A stretch of DNA of 64,000 nt. Source: a virus (lineage: Duplodnaviria; Caudoviricetes). The notes below the pieces were generated by a model. The model was not told where the DNA came from, searched no databases, and saw only the letters and a program-made list of their open reading frames with translations. A program made the translations under genes and the position numbers. The stretch covers positions 1 to 64,000 of the IMG/VR virus record IMGVR_UViG_3300005330_000016; one strand, 5' to 3'. Below, in pieces: positions 20,722 through 28,729 of this stretch; position 1 is the first letter of the stretch, and each line of letters opens with the position of its first letter.

Positions 20722-20907
20722 CTAGCCTCCGCGTGCCTGAGACATCGCACGACGATGCCCTTCGGCTTGTTTCATCTGCCGACGTTGCTCGTACTGCTCT
20801 AGCTGGAAGAACGCGATCCAGTGCGCGAACTCAGACCCGCTCATAGAGTGGACAAGCTGCGCCCTGGTCATGCGTAGTTCACGAGCCAACATGTACTCAA
20901 ACCTCAA
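20722..20907 (-). CDS. Tail assembly chaperone C-terminal (T) frame
   Basis: RFEYMLARELRMTRAQL...MSGSEFAHWIAFF typical of gpT-like frames; overlaps the end of the G ORF. Confidence 0.75.
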   Translation of the reverse strand: MRFEYMLARELRMTRAQLVHSMSGSEFAHWIAFFQLEQYEQRRQMKQAEGHRRAMSQARGG

Positions 20908-21289
20908 CGTCTGATCCGTCCTCAGCGCTTTTGGTGGCGTCCTTCACCGACTCATCCGATAGCCCGGATGCACTCATAATCTCGCGCATAAGCATCGCCA
21001 TGACGGCCATGCTTTTCTGTTGGAGCTTCTCGTAGTCGTCCAGCGAGAACTTGGGCTGCACGATGCTTTCCGTGAAGAGCATGGCTTCGAGCATGTCGTT
21101 GTCGATCAGGTCTTGCTTGGTGACCCGATCCTTGTACGTCGCCTTCTTGCGCAGCTTGCCGGCCTGCTCCTGCGTCAGCGAACGAATAACCACGGCCCCG
21201 CCCCACTGAGGGACCGGGACCGTGATCTCTTGGATGTCGTTGACGGCAAATATCTCGTCTGCCGACAGGATGCGAAGGTTGTTATCCAT
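20897..21289 (-). CDS. Tail assembly chaperone (G)
   Basis: VPVPQWGGAVVIRSLT motif; position between tail tube and TMP. Confidence 0.8.
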   Translation of the reverse strand: MDNNLRILSADEIFAVNDIQEITVPVPQWGGAVVIRSLTQEQAGKLRKKATYKDRVTKQDLIDNDMLEAMLFTESIVQPKFSLDDYEKLQQKSMAVMAMLMREIMSASGLSDESVKDATKSAEDGSDVEV

Positions 21290-21325
21290 GTGCCTACCTT
21301 TGAGGGAGATGGGTTAGCTGACGCT

Positions 21326-21721
21326 CTAAGCGTCGGTAACGGTGCCTACGACTGCAACCTCAGCGGTCCACGTTGCCGTGTCGTCACCGGGAGTGTCTAC
21401 CTCATAACTTGACAGGTAACCACTACCGCTGAGCGTTCTAGTGCCGCCGCCTGAGCCGGCTGGTCGGTAGGCGAATGCCTGCAAGGCCGGCGTGGCTGCG
21501 AGCATCATGCCCGACAGGATGGCGTCAACCGCTGGGTCATAGCCGCCTTCAAGGCTGATCGTGGTCGCGTATGGGCCGACAAGCGTAGAGACGGCTGAGC
21601 CGCCGATTGGCTTGATGTCGTTGGTGTCACGCTGAATCGACAGCTTGACCGATGTGACGTATGCGCTGATGTCGCTACCGCCAAGGCTAAAAGTAGCGAT
21701 ATTGCCGCTATTGAATGGCAT
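21326..21721 (-). CDS. Major tail tube protein
   Basis: 131 aa; GSGYLSSYEVDTPGDDTATWTAEVAVVG siphovirus tube motif. Confidence 0.8.
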   Translation of the reverse strand: MPFNSGNIATFSLGGSDISAYVTSVKLSIQRDTNDIKPIGGSAVSTLVGPYATTISLEGGYDPAVDAILSGMMLAATPALQAFAYRPAGSGGGTRTLSGSGYLSSYEVDTPGDDTATWTAEVAVVGTVTDA

Positions 21722-21965
21722 CCGAATTCCCTTCGTCTGAGGCTTGAGCGAGCGGGGAATCCGGTGGCTCAGTGATAGGTTGACCGATGGTGCGAATGCT
21801 GCTGTGCGGCAATCGCCACTTGACTTCGATAGCGCGTACCACGATGTTCAGGCCGCGCAGAACAGCCGCCCAAAACGGATCATTTGCCCGTTCAGCGTCA
21901 ATGGCGTGAGTGACGATAGACAGCCCACGGCGCACACGGATCCAGAACTCGCGCTCGTCGTTCAT
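21708..21965 (-). CDS. Small hypothetical protein with internal helical duplication
   Basis: ATGA-coupled start at 21965; FWIRVRRGLSIVTHAID / FWAAVLRGLNIVVRAIE. Confidence 0.6.
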   Translation of the reverse strand: MNDEREFWIRVRRGLSIVTHAIDAERANDPFWAAVLRGLNIVVRAIEVKWRLPHSSIRTIGQPITEPPDSPLAQASDEGNSDAIQ

Positions 21966-22390
21966 GTGCTTGGCTGGTACCTGATGCGATAGAAGCCGCC
22001 CAGGTAGACCGTAGGTACGCCTGATTCCATGTCTTTGCGCTGGTGCGGCTGCTCGCGCGTGCAAGAAGCGATACGAATGTCTCGAACGACTATGCCGTTA
22101 TCGGGGATCTGGCTCAGCAGCGTGTCGATGCCGTCAGCAACTTCTTCAACGCTGTTGAACGACGAACCGCGCCCCACTGCCCTGATCAGATAGATGGCAT
22201 TAGTGAACCGACTGCGAAAAGTCAGCACCTTGTCAGCCCCGCCCAGGAACGAGAACAGAATCAGTGGGAACGTCGCGCCTTGCGGTGCCATGTCGCCATA
22301 GATCCGCCCGCCGACCAGCGTGTTGAGCGTGGCGTTGCTACTCAACGTGGAGTAGATCCACTGGTCGATACGGGTTACGTCTGCGCTCAT
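21962..22390 (-). CDS. Tail terminator/completion protein (DUF3168-like)
   Basis: IYSTLSSNATLNTLVGGRIYGDMAPQGATFPLILF. Confidence 0.8.
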   Translation of the reverse strand: MSADVTRIDQWIYSTLSSNATLNTLVGGRIYGDMAPQGATFPLILFSFLGGADKVLTFRSRFTNAIYLIRAVGRGSSFNSVEEVADGIDTLLSQIPDNGIVVRDIRIASCTREQPHQRKDMESGVPTVYLGGFYRIRYQPST

Positions 22391-22866
22391 AGGTTGGCGA
22401 TACCGTCGCTCATCTTCTTGCTTAGTTCATCGCCCATCGACTCAGCCGCAGGCCGCATAAACGACTGTGGCGGCTGAAACACGGTGCCTTCTTCTTGGAA
22501 TAGACCGTAGTGCGCGGCCACGCCGATCACCGTGACGTAGACATTCGGCCCACTGGTGCTACCTTGCAGGCTGATGACGAACTCGGGATCAAGTTCGTCC
22601 AATGCCTGCATCTCGGGTCGCAGGTTGCCGGCGATAGCTACCCTGGTTGTGTAGTCGCTGCTGTCACCGTTGTTGATGTAGATGCTGTTACGCAAAGCCC
22701 CGGTGTCAACCGGAGCTAGCTGGAATGCCATCGTTTGCAGGTCTACGGCTGTGTCGTCAACGGCTTGCTTTGCGTTCGCAAGGATCGCGGCAATTACAGC
22801 GCCAGTGCGGTCGCCTTTGACGGTGACCTTGACGCTGATGTTGCCTACGTTGCGAACAGGGGGCAT
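22387..22866 (-). CDS. HK97 gp10-like neck protein
   Basis: APVDTGALRNSI and YGLFQEEGT...PQSFMRPA motifs. Confidence 0.85.
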   Translation of the reverse strand: MPPVRNVGNISVKVTVKGDRTGAVIAAILANAKQAVDDTAVDLQTMAFQLAPVDTGALRNSIYINNGDSSDYTTRVAIAGNLRPEMQALDELDPEFVISLQGSTSGPNVYVTVIGVAAHYGLFQEEGTVFQPPQSFMRPAAESMGDELSKKMSDGIANL

Positions 22867-22870
22867 GTTG

Positions 22871-23230
22871 CTAAGAAGTGCCCATCGTGATCACGCGAGC
22901 CGTGATGGACGTGCCGCTCGTCCAGTCAACCTGTACGGTGCTGGTACCGCTGTTGAACAGCGTGGTGTCGAACGGACCGCATACCTTGGTAGCCGACGCC
23001 GCAATAGCCACGGCCAGGTCTGAGATGGCATAAGCCGTGCTGCCGACGCTGTACGTGCCATTGGTAATGAAGGTCGCCGTGATTGCTGACGCCGAGCCAT
23101 TGGTGATCTCGATGAGAGCACGCCCGGCGTTGGCAAACTCGTTGCCGTTCGCGGCGTCTACCGCACCCGGCGCAGACAGCACGCTGCCCGAAGCTGAGCT
23201 AAGAACTGGGGTGAGTGGTGCGCGAGCCAT
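22871..23230 (-). CDS. Hypothetical virion protein
   Basis: 119-aa beta-rich ORF in head-tail module. Confidence 0.6.
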   Translation of the reverse strand: MARAPLTPVLSSASGSVLSAPGAVDAANGNEFANAGRALIEITNGSASAITATFITNGTYSVGSTAYAISDLAVAIAASATKVCGPFDTTLFNSGTSTVQVDWTSGTSITARVITMGTS

Positions 23231-23433
23231 TATTCAGCCTTCTCTGGAACGGCGTCCGGCGAGAGCGTGCTGTGCCGGGTAACCCCGCCGCACGTTGGGC
23301 AGATCGCGAAGTCTTGGTAGCGTTCGCACGCCTTGCAGAGCCAGTCTTCGGTCGTCGGCTCTTCCGCTGGGGCTGTGCCGCAGTGGCGGCATCTCGTGAC
23401 GCCATCGTCGGCGTCTGCTCGTTTAGCAGGCAT
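23230..23433 (-). CDS. Small Zn-ribbon protein
   Basis: CxxC..CxxC..CxxC; GGAGG SD; coupled. Confidence 0.6.
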   Translation of the reverse strand: MPAKRADADDGVTRCRHCGTAPAEEPTTEDWLCKACERYQDFAICPTCGGVTRHSTLSPDAVPEKAE

Positions 23434-23440
23434 CTGAATC

Positions 23441-23509
23441 CTCCGGCATTTTGAAAACTCGGGTGAAAGGGTATTGACAGTTCAATCAGCGGGGTGTAGG
23501 GTTACGGAC
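23441..23509 (+). promoter_or_regulatory. Promoter P1 with imperfect box CTCCGGCA; leaderless start at 23510
   Basis: TTGACA 23474-23479, 17 nt, TAGGGT 23497-23502, 7 nt to ATG; box gap 25 nt. Confidence 0.8.
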
Positions 23510-23848
23510 ATGAGCAGCGCACTTCGGATCCCAAGGGCCTACATCAACTGGGCGAAGGCGATGATCAACACTTTTTGGGAGAAGCCTCTGGACAAAGGCC
23601 AGCGACCACTCATGAGCAAGGCTCAGATCCGCGAACAGATCGTCTTCGGAATTGCTCAGATGCAAGCAGCAGATGGCGACTCGGCCACTTGGACGCCCTG
23701 CCTACATTGCGACGAAACCGGGATGTACCTGAAGGATGGAGCCGATCACGAAGAACTCTGCTACCAGTGCACAGGCAAGGGCCGACAGTCGGAAGCAGAC
23801 CGCAAGCGCAATTGGGGCTATCAAGCCCACAAGAGGGAGAACTACTAA
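23510..23848 (+). CDS. Cassette protein with DnaJ-like CxxCxGxG zinc-finger motifs
   Basis: CLHCDETG...CYQCTGKG; leaderless start. Confidence 0.7.
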   Translation: MSSALRIPRAYINWAKAMINTFWEKPLDKGQRPLMSKAQIREQIVFGIAQMQAADGDSATWTPCLHCDETGMYLKDGADHEELCYQCTGKGRQSEADRKRNWGYQAHKRENY

Positions 23849-24114
23849 TGACCGAAACGTTCTGGCTTGGGTACAGCGATACCCACTTCCGTGACCGGCC
23901 ACAACGGCCACCATTCCATCTAGTTCACCAGGCTACGCACTTTCGTCGTGCCGCGAGCATGTGCGGTATCTACGTTACCGTCAGCAAGCGCACGTATAAC
24001 ACGGCACCCGACGTACGTCTATGCAAAAAGTGCCTGAAGGCCGCTCAGCCCTTTATAGGATCTCCTGAGCGAGAACCCGGCACGCCAGATCAAGCGAGCC
24101 AGTCGCAGAGCTAA
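23848..24114 (+). CDS. Small Zn-binding cassette protein
   Basis: TAATG coupling; H...C...CKKC; converges on and overlaps head-closure gene. Confidence 0.6.
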   Translation: MTETFWLGYSDTHFRDRPQRPPFHLVHQATHFRRAASMCGIYVTVSKRTYNTAPDVRLCKKCLKAAQPFIGSPEREPGTPDQASQSQS

Positions 24115-24415
24115 CCACCTCAAACGTGCGCCCGCTGCTGACTTCTACGAGTCGGTCAGTGGGCAGCACGTCGGACCCCCAAGCGAACACGAAGATCCAG
24201 ACCGAGATGCTCCGGACCTGTACCGCGTTCTCGCGCTCTAGTGGCGTGATGCCCTGGCGATAGAACTGGCATGGCAGAGTTGACGCAACGGTATACGTGT
24301 CGGTCATACCGCCGGTGGTATCGGCTACCTGGCCCTTGCGGCTTACCTCAACGCTCGTGTTGAACGTCTGCTGAATAACCCGCTTGAGTACGTCCGTGTT
24401 ACGAGGGATCGGCAT
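24053..24415 (-). CDS. Head closure / head-tail adaptor (SPP1 gp16-like)
   Basis: DTTGGMTDTY...DVLPTDRL...GRTFEVV. Confidence 0.8.
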   Translation of the reverse strand: MPIPRNTDVLKRVIQQTFNTSVEVSRKGQVADTTGGMTDTYTVASTLPCQFYRQGITPLERENAVQVRSISVWIFVFAWGSDVLPTDRLVEVSSGRTFEVVSSATGSLDLACRVLAQEIL

Positions 24416-25053
24416 CAGGCGACGTACCCAACACCGCGACGGTACTGGTCGATAATGCTCGCGGCGCTCTTGGGCAGGTTCTTGCCCGCCACCGTCACCG
24501 TTAGCTCATTGCCGATCTTGTAGCTCTGCACGCCCGGTATAACCAGATCGCTCAAGCCAGGTCCGGCTTCGCCTTCCGCCACCATCATGCACAACGTGGT
24601 GATCGGCATCGGAACGTTCGACAGCGTGCAATAGCCAAACTTGCCCGTCACCTTGACAGCATTCGTATACGACGGGAAGCTAAAGCGACCTTGCCACCAT
24701 GACTTGCAGATGCTCGTGTACGGCTCGCCGTTCACTAGTGCGTTGATCGGCTCTAAATGGTAGTCGGTGCCCGCCGACCAGACTGTCTCGTACACGCCGT
24801 CGCCGTTCGCGTCTGTCTCAAGCGTGGTTACGCTCAGGATGTCGTCTTCGGGCCGTAGCTCCCAGTAAGCATCACACGCCGTGTAGTAGCGAATCTCGTC
24901 CGAGTCGGTCGTGTAGAAACGCCTGCCTAGCGTGCGGTCGATCCATCGGGAAGCCGTCTGCAAGGCACGGTCTAACTGCCAATCGGACTCGGTGTTAGTA
25001 ATGCCCATGCGATCACGGAACTCGGCCACCGATGCGTACAGGTTTGCGCTCAC
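24415..25053 (-). CDS. Head-tail connector (gp6/gp15-like adaptor)
   Basis: YASVAEFRDRMGI...LQTASRWIDRTLGRRF...VKVTGKFGY. Confidence 0.85.
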   Translation of the reverse strand: MSANLYASVAEFRDRMGITNTESDWQLDRALQTASRWIDRTLGRRFYTTDSDEIRYYTACDAYWELRPEDDILSVTTLETDANGDGVYETVWSAGTDYHLEPINALVNGEPYTSICKSWWQGRFSFPSYTNAVKVTGKFGYCTLSNVPMPITTLCMMVAEGEAGPGLSDLVIPGVQSYKIGNELTVTVAGKNLPKSAASIIDQYRRGVGYVA

Positions 25054-25232
25054 TGAGGCTGCGCCCCGCGTGTCTCGGCTCGTGCCGGCCCTACGTCAAC
25101 GCCGTGGTACTCCAGGCACACCTTGCAGTGGAACAGGTCAATCAGCCTGCGTTGATGCTGACCGTGCACAAGCTCGTCAGACAGCTTCACCTCTTGCCGC
25201 AGATACGCCCACTGGTGCTTGTGCTGAGTCAT
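25050..25232 (-). CDS. Small hypothetical Zn-ribbon protein
   Basis: ATGA-coupled start; HKHQW...CKVC. Confidence 0.55.
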   Translation of the reverse strand: MTQHKHQWAYLRQEVKLSDELVHGQHQRRLIDLFHCKVCLEYHGVDVGPARAETRGAQPQ

Positions 25233-26329
25233 GTAAATGCCGCCACCTTTGCCCACGAGTAAGCCTCTATGGCATCTGCTACGTATTGCCTGTCCTGCTC
25301 GCTCAGCCACCAGCCAACCGGAATGGCGACCTGATGGCCCGAGAACTTGTCAACGCCAGGTAGCGGCCCGTTGTAGTAATCAAACCCTTTGTGCGTATCG
25401 TTGCGAGCGTGAACCTGGCCGGTCATAACGCCACGATCTGCCATGAACTTGATGAAGCCCTGCTGGTTTTTCACACGCAGCGTGAACAGCCACCACGAGC
25501 CTTTAGCGTCGGGTGGCGGGAACAACACATCTGGCCCGGCTCGCAGGTTCACCATGTACCAGGCCGCATTCTCCCGGTGACGGGAAACGACCCACGGCGC
25601 ATGCGGCAGATTGGCTAGACCAATGGTCGCGTTCACGTCGTTCATGTGGTACTTGTAGCCGACTTCTCTGATATCCTGAGCGCACCGGAAATCTGCTGAA
25701 GACTCCCTATCTAGCCCATACCATCTGAGTAGCTTGGCCCGTTCGTAGTGCTTCTGAGGCACGAGAAGCGCCCCTCCGTCAACCGTGGTCAGATGCTTGA
25801 TCGCCTGGAAGCTCCAGGCCACATAGTCACCGTGGTTGTCGGGATCCACCATCAGGTTGTGCGCCGCATCTTGAATGACCGGCACAGGCAACCCTGGTGG
25901 CATGAGCCGCTTGTAGTCGCACGATCTGCCAGCCCAGTCTACGGCCATGATCGCCTTGGTTCGCCGTGTGATCTTCCTGAGCACATCATCGGGGTCAATC
26001 AGGCCCGTCTCAGGATCCACGTCTGCCCATACGATCTTGGCTCGCCGCGTGACGATTGGGCTATTGGTTGCCGTACAGGTCATGGGCGTGGTGATCACTT
26101 CGTCGCCCAGGCCAACACCGCACAGATGTAACGCCAGGTCCAGGGCTGAAGTGCAGGAGTTCATCGTTAGTGGCGTTTCCAGTCCCACCAACTCAGCGAA
26201 TTGTCGCTCGAACTCCTGCACCTTCGGACCCTGCCCGATGAACAGACGGCCATCTTCATCGGGAGTCAGTGCTAGCCACGCCGCTACGCCGGCGTCTGCC
26301 GACATAAACGGACGAAACAGATCAATCAC
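25229..26329 (-). CDS. DegT/DnrJ/EryC1/StrS family PLP-dependent sugar aminotransferase
   Basis: GPKVQEFE, NSCTSALDLAL, IQDAAH, SFQAIKHLTTVDGG (catalytic Lys), GYKYHMND; GTGA-coupled start. Confidence 0.95.
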   Translation of the reverse strand: MIDLFRPFMSADAGVAAWLALTPDEDGRLFIGQGPKVQEFERQFAELVGLETPLTMNSCTSALDLALHLCGVGLGDEVITTPMTCTATNSPIVTRRAKIVWADVDPETGLIDPDDVLRKITRRTKAIMAVDWAGRSCDYKRLMPPGLPVPVIQDAAHNLMVDPDNHGDYVAWSFQAIKHLTTVDGGALLVPQKHYERAKLLRWYGLDRESSADFRCAQDIREVGYKYHMNDVNATIGLANLPHAPWVVSRHRENAAWYMVNLRAGPDVLFPPPDAKGSWWLFTLRVKNQQGFIKFMADRGVMTGQVHARNDTHKGFDYYNGPLPGVDKFSGHQVAIPVGWWLSEQDRQYVADAIEAYSWAKVAAFT

Positions 26330-26778
26330 GGCTTGCTCCGGAAGTAAGCGTACGTGTCGTCTTCGCCTGTCTTGTCCCACCGATCCGCGTGATGCGTCTT
26401 GACTGCTGCCGGGTTGTCTAGCTTCGCCTGCGCGTACAGCGTGATGCCTAACGCCTTAGCCTCATCCGCAAGCATATCTACGATCTTGCCGCCCAGGCCA
26501 CGGCCTATATGCTTGATCCAGACGCCCGCCGATGGATGCCAACCATCCTCTGCTTGCTTGATCATACCGAACCCCACAACCTCCCCATGCTGCGAGTACA
26601 GCCACGCATGCAGCTTGTCGTGGTTGGCTCGCCACCAACCCCACTGCTCTTCTTCGGTGACTTCGCGGTTATCGTTGCTGAAGCCCGCCCTGCCCTGGTT
26701 GCGAATGAGCCGCATGCAGTTGACGTGGCCCCAGGTTGTTACTCGGGTTGCCACCAGTGGAACGGTCACAACTCCCAT
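26326..26778 (-). CDS. GNAT N-acetyltransferase (PseH-like)
   Basis: MRLIRNQGR...VTEEEQWGWW, VVGFG, HIGRGLGGKI (acetyl-CoA motif A), DNPAAV. Confidence 0.8.
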   Translation of the reverse strand: MGVVTVPLVATRVTTWGHVNCMRLIRNQGRAGFSNDNREVTEEEQWGWWRANHDKLHAWLYSQHGEVVGFGMIKQAEDGWHPSAGVWIKHIGRGLGGKIVDMLADEAKALGITLYAQAKLDNPAAVKTHHADRWDKTGEDDTYAYFRSKP

Positions 26779-26969
26779 GTGGTGATTACCGCCAAGCCGG
26801 TCGCAATCGGATGCCACGTCCACCACACCGGGGCGGCTTCGGTCGCCAGTGCTCGCGTACAGCGCATGCAGATAAGCTCTGCCGTCCACGGCTCAACGAG
26901 CGGTATCACGTACTCGGTGCTCTTGCAACGTGGGCACAGGCTGATCACAGGTAGCTCGCTCAGCTTCAC
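26766..26969 (-). CDS. Small Zn-ribbon protein
   Basis: CPRC...CMRC; coupled. Confidence 0.5.
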   Translation of the reverse strand: MKLSELPVISLCPRCKSTEYVIPLVEPWTAELICMRCTRALATEAAPVWWTWHPIATGLAVITTWEL

Positions 26970-27715
26970 GTTGAGTAGCCTCCTGACACGTTCAGCACAG
27001 TGCCCGTCACGTAGTTGCTCTCGATCAGGTACATCACGGCCCGCGCCACGTCCTGTGGTTGTCCGAAGCGTCGCATAGGAATCTGACTCAGCACCTTCTC
27101 GCGGTTCTCTTGCGAGACTTCGCTAAGCATGCCAGTGCGGTCTATGAAGCCCGGCGCTACCGCGTTGACCGTGATGCCTTTGTGCGCTAGCTCGATGGCC
27201 GTAGCCTTAGTGAAGCCGACCAGGCCCGCCTTGCTCGCCGCGTAGCTAGCTGGCCCGAGTCGGCCATCCAGCCCAACAACGCTCACGATGTTGACGATCC
27301 TGCCCCAGCCGCGAGCAATCATGGCCGGTAAGGCGATCTGTGTAATCCGGAATGTTCCGGTTAGGTTTACGTCAACAACGTTACGCCAATCAGATAACGT
27401 GGTCTTACCAACGGACCTACCAGCGGTCACACCGGCGTTGTTGACCAGAATATCGCAGTCGAGTTCGGTCAGGATCGGGTACTCGTTGACCAGCGCCACC
27501 TTGAGGATCTCGGCGTCACCACCGTAGGCACGTACTTCGCGCATGGTCATCTCTGCCTGGTCGCCACGAGTGTTGTATCCGATGGTCACAGCCGCGCCTT
27601 GGCGTGCTAGCTCTAGCGAGATCGCTCTGCCGATGCCGTGCCCGCCGCCCGTTATCAGCGCATGTCGCCCAACCAACGGCAGCGGTGGCACGAGTACGTC
27701 AATCAACGCTGTCAT
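26966..27715 (-). CDS. Short-chain dehydrogenase/reductase (FabG/PhaB-like)
   Basis: TGGGHGIG, NNAG, YAASK catalytic motif, VNAVAPGFI. Confidence 0.95.
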   Translation of the reverse strand: MTALIDVLVPPLPLVGRHALITGGGHGIGRAISLELARQGAAVTIGYNTRGDQAEMTMREVRAYGGDAEILKVALVNEYPILTELDCDILVNNAGVTAGRSVGKTTLSDWRNVVDVNLTGTFRITQIALPAMIARGWGRIVNIVSVVGLDGRLGPASYAASKAGLVGFTKATAIELAHKGITVNAVAPGFIDRTGMLSEVSQENREKVLSQIPMRRFGQPQDVARAVMYLIESNYVTGTVLNVSGGYST

Positions 27716-28287
27716 GGGCGAGCGATAGCTACGATGGCGTTGATCCAGATCGGGTCGTTGCCGAAGCCGTTTACCGTGCCTTCGATGTAGTCAAAATCCC
27801 CATTGTAGGCGTCGGTGAACTTGCCGATCTTGCCAGGCACGTTGGGTGTCACAACGCAATGCCCGCCGATGGTGTCACGTTCAAGCCTCCCCGCTTGACT
27901 CCAAAAGATCTGTCTGCCGTAGTACGACTGAAACCGGAACAGCAGCACCTTACCCGGCCAGGTCTGCGCTCCACGGCGCATCAAGGAAACCGCATCGGGC
28001 GTCCAGATGTCGTCGTCGTCGTTCAAGTGGATGTAGTCACCCTTGGCCTGGGTGATCGCGTAGTTGTGCTGGCAATGCCCGAAGCAATGGTGCCCTGCGT
28101 CCAGGCTTAGATAGCGAAGCCCCAACCCGGTCGTCAGTGCTTCTACACCGGGCAACTGGCCGTCGTGCGTATCTCCTACGACGATAACCTCATCACCTGA
28201 ACCGAGTTGGGGCTTGATGCTAGCCAGGCAACGCGCTAGTGGACGATCTTCCCTATGCGTTGCGACGATGAAAGAAAAGGTAGTCAG
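27712..28287 (-). CDS. GT2 glycosyltransferase; probable CUG start at 28287
   Basis: TTFSFIVATH...RCLASI...DEVIVVGD N-terminus lies upstream of the called TTG; GDYIHLNDDDD DxD motif. Confidence 0.85.
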   Translation of the reverse strand: MTTFSFIVATHREDRPLARCLASIKPQLGSGDEVIVVGDTHDGQLPGVEALTTGLGLRYLSLDAGHHCFGHCQHNYAITQAKGDYIHLNDDDDIWTPDAVSLMRRGAQTWPGKVLLFRFQSYYGRQIFWSQAGRLERDTIGGHCVVTPNVPGKIGKFTDAYNGDFDYIEGTVNGFGNDPIWINAIVAIARP

Positions 28288-28583
28288 GGCTTGGCTGTTG
28301 GAGTCCTGCGCTCTTCGACTACCGGATCTTCGCCAAGCGGCTGACCCATCTGGATCGGCTCGTTCTGAGACGGCTGGTCTGCCTTGGGCTTGCCCTTGAT
28401 CTCGTGCGGCTCGCCAACCTGAACCCAGCGGTCAGATCGCGCCTGGTAGACGTAGGTCTTGCCGCCAGCGGTCAGTGGCCGGTCGCGGTCGGCGTTCACG
28501 TCGTGCTCGTGCTCAACGGTGCCAACGAAGCCGCCGTTTGGGTCGTACAGGTTCACTGGATACATCTGCTTGTCTTCAGCCAT
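28284..28583 (-). CDS. Hypothetical protein immediately after capsid gene
   Basis: 99 aa, AGGAGG SD. Confidence 0.65.
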   Translation of the reverse strand: MAEDKQMYPVNLYDPNGGFVGTVEHEHDVNADRDRPLTAGGKTYVYQARSDRWVQVGEPHEIKGKPKADQPSQNEPIQMGQPLGEDPVVEERRTPTAKP

Positions 28584-28729
28584 GTGTACCTCCTGACCAA
28601 TTGTAATGCAGTGGATATGCCGGGCAGGCGAACACGGTAGCCAGGGGGAGGGAGACTACCGTGTCGCCGCTCAGCCCGGCGCGTGCTTCGTGCCGTAAAA
28701 GCACCACGCGCCGGGCGATCACGAGAGGC

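Noticed and set aside
26966-27715. fabG as a fatty-acid auxiliary metabolic gene
   Set aside because: No ACP or other FAS genes; context is a sugar-tailoring cluster, so no gene symbol was assigned
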